Assembly (NCBI GenBank): GCA_003427395.1
Contig: BFEA01000004.1
Location: 1,593,812-1,646,475, forward strand
DNA length: 52,664 nucleotides
Origin: Chara braunii
Taxonomy: Eukaryota > Plantae > Charophyceae
Direction of reading: 5' to 3'
Part shown: in pieces, positions 22,970 through 35,752 of the stretch
How the letters are laid out: the number at the start of each line of letters is the position of its first letter
Numbering within the stretch: position 1 is the stretch's first letter
Notes under the pieces: generated by a model
What the model saw: only the letters and a program-made list of their open reading frames with translations
The model's database searches: none
Told to the model about the DNA's origin: nothing
Translations under genes and position numbers: made by a program

Positions 22970-24359
22970 CAGTGTTGGGCTGGCAACCGCCCGGTTGGAC
23001 CGGCCCGGATGCAACCGGGCGGAATAGACCCAGGTCGTCGTCCAACCGGATTTCCGGTTGGGCTGAAAACACGTCCAACTTTTTAGTTTTCTTATTTTTG
23101 ATAGCAGGGTTTGACAGCGCTCGCTGAGAACAGTCAGCATCCGCATAGAAAACCATGAACTCGAAACTTTTTCCGGTGGTAGTGGTTGGGGAGGGAGGGG
23201 GGGTGCTCTTGGGGGGTGTCGGAGGGGTTATGGTGGTGGGGAGGTGGTGTTAGTGGCGGTTTTACAGCAACCATGGGCATCGGCAGACATGGATTACAGC
23301 ATACCTGGCCATCAGCAAACGGAGGAGGAGAAGAAGAAGAGGAGGAAAAGTGGAGAAGGGGAGGAAGAAGATGCAGAGGAGGAGAAGAAGAGTATGAAGC
23401 GGAGGAGGGGTAGGGGTTTTCTGAACTTTTCTCAAAAAAGAAAAACGAAGGGGACTGTTAGACGTTTTTGTAAGTTTCCTTCCAACAAAAAAAAAGAAAA
23501 CAAAGGGGAGCGGAGGAGGAAAAGATAGGAAGAGGAGAGGAGGATGAAGAGGAAGGGGAGGTGGAGAAGGAGAAGAAGCAGAGCAAGAAGAGGAGAAGAA
23601 GAACACACTGCAGTGCGGAGGAGAAGAAGAGNNNNNNNNNNNNNNNNNNNNNNNNNNNNNNNNNNNNNNNNNNNNNNNNNNNNNNNNNNNNNNNNNNNNN
23701 NNNNNNNNNNNNNNNNNNNNNNNNNNNNNNNNNNNNNNNNNNNNNNNNNNNNNNNNNNNNNNNNNNNNNNNNNNNNNNNNNNNNNNNNNNNNNNNNNNNN
23801 NNNNNNNNNNNNNNNNNNNNNNNNNNNNNNNNNNNNNNNNNNNNNNNNNNNNNNNNNNNNNNNNNNNNNNNNNNNNNNNNNNNNNNNNNNNNNNNNNNNN
23901 NNNNNNNNNNNNNNNNNNNNNNNNNNNNNNNNNNNNNNNNNNNNNNNNNNNNNNNNNNNNNNNNNNNNNNNNNNNNNNNNNNNNNNNNNNNNNNNNNNNN
24001 NNNNNNNNNNNNNNNNNNNNNNNNNNNNNNNNNNNNNNNNNNNNNNNNNNNNNNNNNNNNNNNNNNNNNNNNNNNNNNNNNNNNNNNNNNNNNNNNNNNN
24101 NNNNNNNNNNNNNNNNNNNNNNNNNNNNNNNNNNNNNNNNNNNNNNNNNNNNNNNNNNNNNNNNNNNNNNNNNNNNNNNNNNNNNNNNNNNNNNNNNNNN
24201 NNNNNNNNNNNNNNNNNNNNNNNNNNNNNNNNNNNNNNNNNNNNNNNNNNNNNNNNNNNNNNNNNNNNNNNNNNNNNNNNNNNNNNNNNNNNNNNNNNNN
24301 NNNNNNNNNNNNNNNNNNNNNNNNNNNNNNNNNNNNNNNNNNNNNNNNNNNNNNNNNNN

Positions 24360-24449
<90 letters not shown>

Positions 24450-24938
24450 TGAAGTCGCGATGGTGGGCTTGTGCTGTGGAAAGCAGCAGGGGGCAACTCA
24501 ACAACGACAATGGCTGCGCGGCGCATCTCCAACGGACCAGCGGCATGGGGTGGTCGTGCGGCGCTGGGCGGAAGACTTCCATCGAAGTTTGAAGCAGGGG
24601 GGCGGGGCAGAGTAGGCTTTCGCGCCGAAGTCCAGCGCCTGCTCCCATTTGAATCACGGCCGATCTTGGCCACCCATCAACAAAGATCAGCGACCAAGAT
24701 TGGCTGCTTTTTCTTTTGCCCATTGATGGGCCTACCGGCCCCGTCTGTTTTTTTTTAAGCAGCAGTGGGGTCTACGAGCCCCGAAGAAAAACTTACGCCG
24801 CGGAAAAAAAAAGTTTCCTGGCCCCAGCAGAAATGCGCTGGGGGGAACCGGGAGCCAACCGGGACGGGCGACCGGGCGGTCCAACGGGAGGCTCCCGGTC
24901 GGGGGAGGGGTCCCCGGTCTAACCAGGGTTCAACACCG
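22970..24938. mobile_element. Non-autonomous hAT element, ~2 kb, spanning a gap
   Basis: 8-bp TSD GTCCAGCG at 22962-22969 and 24939-24946; termini CAGTGTTG/CAACACCG; AACCGG-type subterminal repeats at both ends. Confidence 0.88.
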
Positions 24939-26089
24939 GTCCAGCGTCCATTGTATATCATCGAAAAATCCAAACAATAACCCCACAGTTTAAGGACTTT
25001 GCCCTCTGCATTACCATTCTGCATGACAGCTGCTCGATAACCCCTGAGCCCCTGCTCTTACTTCCTGCTGAAAGAACATCCACCTTGCACAACTGCTCAG
25101 CCTTCCTCTCTCTGCCCTCCTTACGCCCAGTTGGGGTCCACCGCCTTTCTCCTTTCCTAGGCAATGACTGTCATCCCGCACTCTCTTCCTGCTTCTTCAC
25201 TCTTGGACTCCACACTTTTCTCTTGCTCTGCTCGTTGTCCCAGAAGTCCCCACTTGGGCAGCTCAGAAGACAGAGTGGGGCAGAGCTCATGAAAGGGTCT
25301 GTTTGCCAAACATTTTCCAAGATTTGTCAAAAAGTTTTAAATTTTGATACGTGCATTTTCAAATTCTAATGCCTGGGGGGAGAGGGAATCGGGGTGAGGG
25401 GGAGAGGGGGAGAGGGGAGAGGGGGGCAGGGAGGCAGAGGGGAGGGAGCAGGTTGGGAAGGGCACAAAGGCAGAAACTGAGGAGGGAGTTGGAGATTCAA
25501 TGGAGCTGAGTCTGTGCCAAGTTGCGTGTTTTGGAGGATAAAATTAGTAGACTGAAATGGCGCATCCACTTCTGTTCCCCTTCCGTTTCCTCCATTGTTT
25601 TGATATTTTTGAGGTCCAGACCACTTAGTCTCTTATGTGGATCCAACCAAAGCTCCTGACATGTGTTCATTAGAATTGCCTTTCAAGCCACAACTGACTC
25701 GTTCTGTACCTCTTGTTTCATTCTTCACCTGGTGTTGTGGCGGCTTTTCTCTACTTATGTCTGCCACTTTATTTTTGGCATGGATGTAGCTGAAGGTGTG
25801 GTCTTTCCTCTAAAATGAGCATCTAACTCTCCATAGATTGCCATTAATGCTGCAAGTCTTGTTATCTTAAAGAGGTTGTCTCTGGGTAAGATGATGGAAA
25901 AAAAAAAAAAAAAAAAAAGGATGATGCATTTTCTCCATGGGAGCCGTCGTCTAGTTAGATAATGCCACACTGCACCCCACCGCCTCCAAACTGGTGCCAC
26001 CATGGGACATACCATGAGTCAATGCTTTGGCGCAGCTCTGGAGAGGAGATACGACAATGAGAGCAGAAGCTCTGGCTAGAGCCATTAGA

Positions 26090-26240
26090 GCCAAATATGT
26101 GCTTGACGTCAACTTTGCGAAATGCTTTGATGGAATCAACACTTCGTGCCTCTTGGAAAAGCTACAAACATATCCTGTGATGAGGAATCACATTAAGGCC
26201 TGGTTGAAAGCAGACATTGACTGATTTCGGCCTTCGGCCG
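26090..26240 (+). pseudogene. Fragment of a group II intron-encoded RT/maturase (probable organelle-to-nucleus transfer)
   Basis: KYVLDVNFAKCFDGINTSCLLEKLQTYPVMRNHIKAWLKA fits the RT-3 pattern KYVLDADIAKCFD..LL.KL...P....IKAWLKAG of cyanobacterial/plastid group II introns; followed by hairpin CGGCCTTCGGCCG. Confidence 0.8.
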
Positions 26241-27629
26241 CTTATAAATATATATAACTCTGGCAAGAGAGTAGACCCTGAGACACCAGCCAATTCGGAG
26301 TGCGTAGGCATTCGAGAGATGGTTAATGGAGGCCTAAATTTTCAGACAATTTGTCACACCATTTGTAACAAAACCCTAGGGTCGCAGTGTCTGCCAGTGA
26401 AGTGCTCTAAGACTATGAAAAGTTGTTCAAACACGACTGTTGTAGTAGGACCGAGTTATGAGGTACTCATTTTTGGGCTGCACCGTCTTTTGCGCCTCAT
26501 TGAATTTTGCCATTTTTTCCCAGGGTTGTATAGTGCCCATGTTGACGTTGGTCTTCTTCCTTCTACGTGTCAATTTTTGTTTTGTCCTTTCGTAGGATAG
26601 ATAGGATATTTGCCCATTTGCCCATTATTTTCAGTTGCCCTTAGCAAACGCATGTAGGATTTTGAATTTTATTTGAATCACAAGTGAGAGGTTGTTCCTT
26701 GGAGTTAAACCACCATTACCTTTCCCACTGTTGGAAAAATGGGAAAATAGCCTATTCCTGAAAATTTGGGGGTTGGGCCTAACGACAGCTGTCGTCGATA
26801 AATCTCATCAGCGGTCGTTGCTTCGTTGCAGCCTCCTAAAAGATTGGAGGTCCACCTGTCAGGAAGTTCACCTGACAATTTTCCCTGGACTTCCCGTTCT
26901 CAAGCTTTCTTGAAGTTTTGCCTTTCCACGTGTGTTTCTTTTACCTCACGTATTGCGCCTTTGAGCATGAACAGTTTTCTGCCACTCGATCTTTTTCGTG
27001 CATGGTCTTCCATTGCTCCTATTTTGTTCTTGCTCCCTTTTTCTTTCCCTACCATCCTTTCCCTTCTTGAAAACCCTTAACTTGCTTTTTTCCCCTTTAT
27101 CCTAATTGGTCCGACGATGGTACATGCGCCTCGCACTGGCTAGTAACCTTGTTAATGGTATGGAGAGAGGCTACGACCCTCGCATCGGACTTCGATTATG
27201 CACAGTGTAAGAACCTTTTTCGATTTTTGTGCACTTTTCCCCTCCTCTATGTTTCCCCTACATATATGCAATTTTCCCCTCCGCACAACCATACATTTTA
27301 TGAGTGTGATCCTCGTGCTTTCTTTTCTGTATGCAAATAACCAAATCGGGTTGATTGGCTATGGTTTTTGCTAGATCTGCAAGTAGAGCAGTCTCCATGT
27401 GTTGGTTATGATCAAGGAAGTTGCCTTGCTGTTGCATCGAGCCGCAGGGCCTGTACGAAATCACATGGCGATCGGATCAGCGGAGTGATGGTCGCTGAAG
27501 GGTTCAATCGGATGCCCGACAACGAAGTGTCGATGCTCGTGCACACGACAGTCACATTGGATGGTTGTTCGTCGTGAGTCACATGACACATTGTGGGGTA
27601 TTTTTCGCTATCGAGTGGTGTTGGTTTAA

Positions 27630-27876
27630 ACCACCAGTACCTCGCCCAGCTATTAAAAAAAAAGGCGCGGTCGTTAACGCACTGCAACTTTAGGGGGGTC
27701 GGGAGAGGCTTGGCATGGCAATGGGGCAGGAAGCTGGTGGCCCCATGGGAACCTCCCACAAGGACTGCAAGATGTCCTCGTGGTGTGCAATGTGGAAACG
27801 TGCGGGCAGTGGTAGGAAGGAGGGAAAAGAAAACAAAAAAGAAAACGGACGAGGAAAAAAATAAAGAGAGACCATT

Positions 27877-27908
<32 letters not shown>

Positions 27909-28660
27909 AATAATGCATTTGGCTTCACTTCTGTACCCCGTCGTATGAATCTGAGGGCAATCACGTTCAGATGCTGGTCTCTTTTTCCCCTTTTTGTTTT
28001 TGTTTTTTTTTGTTTTTTCAGGAAGAAGATTGTTGGTTGTTTGTGCAGTTGCTCCCGGTAACAGACGGGAAGCATTCATTGCCTCAGCTCCCAGAGAGAC
28101 TGTAACGTTGCAAATTCGAATCATGTATCTGGCTTCACTTCTGCACGAAGTGGGATGAATCTTAGGGCAATCACATTCAGATGCTGGTTTCTCGTTTTTC
28201 CTTTTTTTTTTCTCTTTTTTGGGGGGGGGAAGAACTCCGAAGAAGATTGTTGGTTGTTTGTGCACTTGCTCCCCGTGACAGACAGGGAGCATTCATTGCC
28301 TTAGCTCCCAGAGAGACTGTAACGTTGCAAATTCGAATCATGTATTTGTCTTGACTTCTGCACGAAGTGGGATGAATCTTAGGGCAATCAGGCTCAGATG
28401 CTGGTTTTCCGTTTCCCTCTTTCCCCCTTTTTTTGGGGGGGGGAAAGATCCTTCACAGGAGCATTCAGTGCATGAGTGGAAACAAAAAAACGATGGTCTG
28501 TTTGCGTTCCATCTGCTGGCAGCAGGTCCAGCATAAGGGGCGGTACCTTCTTGCAGCAACAAATGTCCTATATTTTTTCCCACTCCCCGCAGGCTCGGCA
28601 AAAATCGGCGCGCAGGCGAAAATGAGGATCGATCCTGAACAATCGGTAGGTACTGGTGGT
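27630..28660. mobile_element. Non-autonomous TTAA-family element, ~1.03 kb, with internal ~210-bp tandem units
   Basis: TTAA-ACCACCAGTACCT ... AGGTACTGGTGGT-TTAA; units start near 27914, 28124 and 28340. Confidence 0.85.
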
Positions 28661-29449
28661 TTAATACTGAAGTGGATACTTTCTTTGGATCAATTATCTT
28701 CTCTCAACCATTCATGAGTAGCATGCATGGGACTACGCAATAAATAATTGCAAATGCGAGAGTCAGTTTTTTTATCATCCATGTTGGGTCGTGGCATGAG
28801 TATTCCATTTTTTCGGCCTGAAATGTGTTTGAGCAAGTCATCGGAGTTATACGAGTCTGTTGCATGTATGAATGATGATGTGATTGTTTTACCTTGTTGT
28901 ATGCATACACAATGTATGATTGACATATTTTCTTATTCTCAACAATTTTTCCTTGACACACGTGGTTAATAGGTGGTCTCGTTTTCGTTGAATCTTTCAC
29001 CGAAATTGTGATATTGCTTCGAGTTTTTGTTTTTACTTTTATGTTTTGTTATTTTTATATATATATGTGCTTTGGGGTATATCATGTATTCAGTTTGGAT
29101 ACATTTGGAACATTAACAAAAAACTTGGCGAAAACATCGAATTCGTTGAACGCTTTTTTGAATTTCGAAAATATTTTTATGTTACAGTTTAAGTGTTTTT
29201 TAGGTTTTTTTGGTTTTTTTTTTTGCCTGTTTTTTTTTTTGCCTGTTTTTTTTTTTTATGTCTATATTAGGAGCTTGCATTGTTTGTTTCTGAAGTTTTC
29301 CACCATATTGTTGTGGTGATGTGGCCAAAAACATCGAATTTTTGGCATTTCATTAATCATTTCTCATGGTAGATCACATGACGATTGTGAGCTTGTGGTA
29401 CGACAACAAGATGGAATAGGCAGGGAAACAAGTTTGTCAGACACAGCAT

Positions 29450-29815
29450 GTAGTGACTACCAAACTTCTTTCCCTTTCTAATTCATTTTTTGTCATGTCA
29501 CGAGCTCACAATTATTATGTGGTCGACCATAACGCCTTTCTAGTCGAACACGCTCTATTGCAAGTATGTGTACTATTCTCCCGATTGTCAGCTATGGTCT
29601 ATTTAGAGAAATCGTTAGTGGAATGCCAAAAATTCAAAAAAAAATTGGATTAGGCGTTGTGACAATCAAGCTTATTTCCCTTTGTACTCCGTCTTTTTGG
29701 TATATCACGACTCACAATTATCATATGGTCTACCATAGCGCCTTTCTAGCCGAACAACCTCTATTCCAAGTATGCATATTAGTTTCGCTATCGTCAACCA
29801 GGGTTTGTTTACGGA
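29450..29815. repeat. Diverged tandem duplication, ~205-bp period
   Basis: CTCACAATTAT..GGTC.ACCATA.CGCCTTTCTAG.CGAACA occurs twice. Confidence 0.75.
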
Positions 29816-30723
29816 TCTCGCACGGAGGAAGAAGTTTGCAAACAGAACAATTGACTGTTAACCTCAAACTTTGAACTTTGTGGGACAGGCAAGCGCATGA
29901 TCATCGGTGTTCGTCATGTGTCATTTATAGCTCACAATATTTGACCCTGAATAGCGTTGGTGTCAGCAATGCCATAATCGTTAATTCCTGAAATTTTAAG
30001 CGTGGTTCCTTTTTGTTTGTAAATAAACAAACTCTTGATGGATAACCTCATATTTCAGTTAACTTTTGTCGTCGTGTCTCTCTTTCCTTCTTATTGACTG
30101 AAGTGGATATCGGACTGATCCATGAAGATTTGAGTTTCTAACTGTGACTCTAACCCCATATGTTTTAAAATTATTGGCATACCTTGTTTCTCACATTTTC
30201 ATGGACCTACAACCTAACCCGACAAAAAAACAGTGTAAGGCATGAGGTTACCCATCACAAAGTCTTTGAGTTATGAATTAATGCTTAATACAAGTTACAT
30301 TTGTGGATGACACTTTTGTATAACGACTTTTCTAACCCTTCTTTCCTATGTTTTACCATAAGGTTGTTTTTCTTGCTTTTGATCATTCCCACAACAAAGG
30401 ATAAACAAAAAGTTGATATAGAGGAGTGCTTATCACATATACACTTCTTGTGGTCATGAACAAGACTACCTTCTTACACTGAAAAAAACGTACGTACGTT
30501 CTACTCAAATTGTCTTCGAAAATCGGATTTTAAGAAATTGTTCTTTTTTTTTTTTTAGTAGAAAGTAATGTCAAATACAACATACATACGTTGTATTCAA
30601 AGTCTGTGGCATTTGAGATATTTTTCACTATTTTAAAAAATATTCAAAAAAATTAAAAAAAGAAGTCGAAAAATAATGCAATACAAATATTTTTTATCTG
30701 AGAGTATTGTAAAAATTTGCTGC

Positions 30724-31380
30724 CAAATTTTAGGGGAGGGCGAAAAACAGAGGTAGAACATTTAAGGTTTCCCCCCGCTCCCCCCCCCCCCCCCCCCCCC
30801 CCCCCCCCTTCTTAGGAATCAGCGTATATATTTAATCAAAGAGATGAGGGAGGGGTCCCCTCATATATTAGAGGGCTGCCCTCTCATAATCAAAAATTCA
30901 AATACAGTGTATGTACGTTGTATTCGAATACAACATATGTACGTTGTATTCGAATGCAATATATAGACACTGCTGTTACTCGATCGGGATGGGGTGTAAA
31001 AAGTAGATGGCAAATTTTAGGGGAGGGCGAAAAACAGAATCAGAACATTTAAGGTTTCCCCCCCCTCCCCCCCCCCCCCCCCTCCCCCCCCCCCCTTCTT
31101 AGGAATCAGCGTATATATTTAATCAAAGAGATGAGGGAGGGGTCCCCTCATATATTAGAGGGCTGCCCTCTCATAATCAAAAATTCAAATACAGTGTATG
31201 TACGTTGTATTCGAATACAACATATGTACGTTGTATTCGAATGCAATATATGTATGTTGTATTCGAATACAACATATGTACGTCTTATTCGAATATATTA
31301 TACCCCGTAAAGGATTGCCCTATAAAAGTTGTACCTCAAAATTCGTTGCACAAGGTACGCACATTGTATTCGAATACAAC
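30724..31380. repeat. Near-identical ~240-bp direct repeat pair plus palindromic 26-bp minisatellite
   Basis: Copies 30724-30964 and 31011-31251; repeated palindrome GTTGTATTCGAATACAAC. Confidence 0.9.
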
Positions 31381-32273
31381 GTACCCTATAGATTGTACTC
31401 ATATGCAATGTATGTACGTTTGTTTTTTGGTAAGAACGTAGTGCAGATCCATGTTCTTGACACGTTTAGACTATCTTGCTTCAAACAATCATGAAATGTA
31501 TGCTTGAAGTGTTGCAATACTATTCTTAATTCTTTAGACAAAAAAAATAATAATACGTATTGAAAAAGTTGTGAACTTTACAACTTAAACACTGATTCAT
31601 GATTCTCTCTCCCGTCGTGCACGGACCATTTTACTCCGTGCAGTCGTAGTGTTTAATTGGTTGCCTAGCCTGACGGTACAACGTACACCCATAGTTGTGC
31701 GACATCATTACATTGGTCCAACCCACTTGAGAATCACGATTAATCATTCTCAAAACATTGAAGGTCCGGGGCAACTTGGCCAAAACGGTTGGCGACACCA
31801 ACCAAAACTAAAAGCAGAAACGTCGTGTTGGCGTTGCAGTAAAACTTGGCGAACGAGGGGGACTGAGGGTTATGGATTTAGGTTCGCGTTCACGATTGAA
31901 TAGATGGTGATAGATATTATAAATTTTGTAAACAACAAAAAAAACGGTGCGGATCCAACCTCGTGTTGGATCAGATGTATCTAGCTTTCGACAACCGTGC
32001 AAGAAAAACATGTAGTTGTGCAACATCATTTTTCAACTTTGAGACCGAGTAAATGGACATACATATTCAGAAAGTCGCAAAGTTCATAAGGAAAAAATAA
32101 TAATAATAATAATTGCATAGCTTAAAACCACCGTGACCAACGAAAACAGAGAAGTCATATTCGTTTGCAAAAGGTCTACGATAGAATGAAGCAAGGGGTT
32201 GCAGTAGTGATGTCCACCGCTCACACTCCAACTTGTAAATGGCATGATTAATATGTCAAAGCTTCCCTCTTCA

Positions 32274-32423
32274 ACCACCAATACTTCGTGAAGTCGTTCC
32301 CGTTAACAAGCCACGATTTTATGAAAGGTAAGGACCACTACAGAAGTGTCCAAATTAATCCGACTAGAAATATTTATACTCTATTTTTTTTCATGGTTGA
32401 TAGTTGGGCCAAGTACTGGTGGT
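32274..32423. mobile_element. MITE of the TTAA family with variant TTCA TSD
   Basis: TTCA-ACCACCAATACTT ... AAGTACTGGTGGT-TTCA; homologous to 14497-14651. Confidence 0.88.
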
Positions 32424-32876
32424 TTCAACATTCCTACAACTTCCTCTCATGTATGTAATGACAAGTGACAAAGGATGTACACTAACCCCACCCTCTGGAG
32501 GTTGAACATAAATCACTAGATTCGTGCAATGTTCGATCTACAAAGTAGTATGCCCCAGAGATCCAAGGTGTTGGGTGATTAGGTAGAGGCATCTCTGTGG
32601 ACCTGTGAATCATGATATTCTAATCTGGGGAGACCACACTATCAAAAAACTAATAACGTCATTGTAGATAGCATGACCCTCACACCTGTTTTGGTCCTCT
32701 CTTAGAGAGGAAAGAAGAGCTCGCGTCGATTTCACTCCTTCAAGGTAAGTACAAACCATATAGACCTTACATTTCATCCTTCTTTGTGGGTGGCGGTCCC
32801 ATGTGGTATGTAAAAGAAAGCTGCTCGACCCGATGAACTTACCACTAAAACAGTGTATTGATTACAAACACCTGTT

Positions 32877-33200
32877 TTGAACATACTGGTTTATTTCAAA
32901 CCAAGATTATGCAAGCGGGGGATTATTATGAATCAATCAATGGAACGGTGGACTAGGTCTTTGTTTGTCAAATTTTGTGACATTAATCGCAATTTTTCGG
33001 ATTTCAAAAGGACCGTTTTGCTATGGCTAACTGTACACCTTGCGATTCTCACGGCTGAGCGGCTGTTCACAAAGAGTTGCCGCAACAACCTAGTGTGTCT
33101 GGTATGCGCTCAAGATGAAGGAAGCTTATTGGACCTCTGGGTCAAATGCCCCTTGCACCATGGCTTTTGGAAAACTTAGCACTTTTTTATACCAAGGTTT
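32877..33200 (+). pseudogene. Decayed LINE ORF2 C-terminal (zf-RVT-like) fragment
   Basis: LWLTVHLAILTAERL...CLVCAQDEGSLLDLWVKC...FW fits the W..H....T..RL..C..C...ES..HL...C...W pattern. Confidence 0.6.
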
Positions 33201-34519
33201 TTTTTTTTCCCATGGTTTCTTCGTATCTAGCTGTTGACATCCTTTTGGAAGCTAATGTAAAAACAAGGTCTGATCATAGCCTGTATTTTTTTGAAATGGT
33301 TCGGGCTGGGTTTTTTGTAGCATTTTTTGCTGTCAGAATTTTTTGCGTACGACAAAATAAAATTTCATTAATTTTGCATCTGCAAAGATAACTTTTCTCA
33401 ATATCTGCCAGAGCTTTCAAATGGACGTCTTGCATAAGCATTGGGCAACTCCCATTGCCCAGATTGCTTTCTGGCAGGTGTATGGGTTCCCTTCGTCAAT
33501 TTCATTACTTTTGACTTAAGTAGCAACCGCACCGCTAGGGTTTGCATTACGTGTGCAAGCACGCCCCGACCTCTCCTGAGGACTACATTCCTTAGGAGGG
33601 GGCTATCCACTCTCTGCAATACCTTTAGGGCCCACGACATGAACAGTATTAGGCCTCGTATGGTGTAAATTGGTTGTAAACAAGTTTATGTAGGTCACGG
33701 TTTTCACAAAATAAATTTTTTAAAAAATATACGTTACTCATGTTTTTTACAAAAAAGCCTACTTTTGTATTTTACTTTGGGTCTGTAGGTGTTAATTTTG
33801 AGTCTGTTTTTTTTATATTGTTTTGATAAGGTCCCTTTCGCCCTTGGCCCTTGCTTTTATTTTTTTTCTATTCTATTATTATTCCCTTGTTTTTTTTTAG
33901 GTCTTAATATTCAGTTCTTTGTTGTATTTACATTTCATCAGGCTCTTGGAGTGGCAGTTACTATCAAGATTAAACAAAGTTTAGGTGGATAGAACTGATA
34001 CTTTCATTAAGCTCCCATTGTCCAATAACGTCAGTGGGTTCAAAACCAAACTCTATATCTGGCATAGAGATATATCTCCCTCCTTTAGCAAAACCTTGAT
34101 CATTTTTTTTTTTTTTTTTTTTTTTTTCTGAAGAATCATACCTTGTCATTGCAAATTGAAACAATAGAGGTCGGAAATTTCTCACATGCAACCCGAGAGT
34201 ATGTGAGGTTGTTACCCAACTTTGTTGGAAGTCGGGTCCAATGCCCAGTAGTTTTTTATATGGTAATTTTTTCAAAAAGATTAAAAATAGATAGACTCCT
34301 ACACTAAGAAGAATACTTGGATTCCAAAATACTTAGCCTAAAATGGGTTTGAAACAAATGACAATGTTATTTGGTATCTTCATGGTTTTGTGGTGTCTTA
34401 TACTTCTTCTTACAGACTATAGAGTTATCCTGAGAGCACTTATCAGACAATAACATTTCAAAGTTTTTTGCTGTTTTTTTTTATTTTATTTAACCAGCCC
34501 CATTTATATTTTGGGAGGG

Positions 34520-34920
34520 TGTTATCGAGCGCATCGGTCCCGCAGGGGGACCCTCCCGGCCTTGTCACGCAGGATTTTGTAAGACTTGTCGCGAAGAGCA
34601 TTTGCCACGCTGGCCGAGTGCACCAGCCGTACCTCTCACGAGCCCATACAACAGGATAGGGTCACGCGAGGCACAACTTACCTCCACCCGCGAGAGTTGT
34701 CACCATCCTTTGGGTGGGCATATCCCCGTCCAACTACCGAACCATGTGCGAAAACTTTTCGTATGAAATCACAGAGGTGGTCCGATCGAGGATGTTTCTC
34801 GTTCACTGTAGCATAGGGCGTACACAGGATTAATGCTTCAATCGGACCCACGTGCAAATCGTCGTTAAAGGTGTTGATCTTTGGAACGTAATCCTACGCC
34901 GGTCGACTAGGACGATCATC
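34520..34920 (-). repeat. Diverged dispersed repeat, homologous to 46170-46580 (+)
   Basis: Shared colinear blocks CCCTATGCT..AGTGA, CCACCTCT, GGGATA..CCCAC, TGACAACTC...GGTGGAG.TAAGTTGT.CCTCGCG.ACCCT. Confidence 0.7.
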
Positions 34921-34924
34921 TTAA

Positions 34925-35752
34925 ACCGCCACTATCCCCGCCATCATAAATTAGGGGGGACCGGTAACACATGTCCATGAGGGTTACCGGTAGCACAATG
35001 GGGGGGACTAGCGGAGTGACAAAATTTAAAGATGTATCGAATTGAGCCCGTGATTTATTTTGGGATTGATTTTTTATTTTTTTTAATAATATTTTTTTTA
35101 TAAAGATCGTGATAGAATTTACAGACCCTCGAATTTCAGTCGTTTTTTTTAGCGCAAAAAATCACGAAAGTTGGGTTACTTTCCCCGTTGACTCGTATGT
35201 GGTAGAGTAACAAAAATACAAAATGTGACGAAACGGCGCGACATTTACTTCATGGTCTAAATGTTGTTGTTGTTTTTTTTTCTTGGAAAAATCACGACCT
35301 AAACTACAGGATCTCAAATTTTCAGATTGTTTCATCCATGTTTTTTAGAGTGAAAAATCGCGAAAGTCTGCGCTTGAAAATTCTTGAAGTGAACCCGCCT
35401 GCGTCTGTCAGTCGTCGCCCCCCCCCCAAATTGCTAATAGGTTTTTGTCTCAAATCTGTGAAATTGCTTTTTCCAATAAATGTTCGCTTCATTTTTTTAT
35501 GTTATTTGTTCTTGTAACTGGTTTTGGGTGAGTGTTATTGGAGTAGTAGGTCTTGCTCTTAACTTATCTTCAAAAGGGAAACAACCCAGATCACAAGCTA
35601 AGGCCCCTAAATGACCGCTAAGCGGTGAAGGAGGTGAGAGTGCAAAGACAATCAGTAGGTTTGCCTAGAAGCAGCCATCCTTAAAAGAGTTGTAATAACC
35701 CGGTCCCTAAGGCCAAAAAGGTCGATTTAAGGTCGACGGGGATAATAGTGGT
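34925..35752. mobile_element. TTAA-flanked element, 828 bp, related ACC...GGT termini
   Basis: TTAA-ACCGCCACTATCCCCGCC ... GACGGGGATAATAGTGGT-TTAA; inner inverted motif TTAGGG..GACCGG / CCGGTCCCTAA. Confidence 0.7.
35570..35698 (+). rRNA. rrn23: Plastid-type 23S rRNA fragment (GTPase-associated centre region), non-functional
   Basis: AGGGAAACAACCCAGATCACAAGCTAAGGCCCCTAAATGACCGCT...GGTTTGCCTAGAAGCAGCCATCCTTAAAAGAGT; GGTTTGCCTAGAAG is the plastid/cyanobacterial variant. Confidence 0.9.

Noticed and set aside
26775-26820. Hammerhead-like CTGATGA with palindromic ACAGCTGT on the - strand
   Set aside because: The GAAA core is replaced by GACGA and there is no stem I
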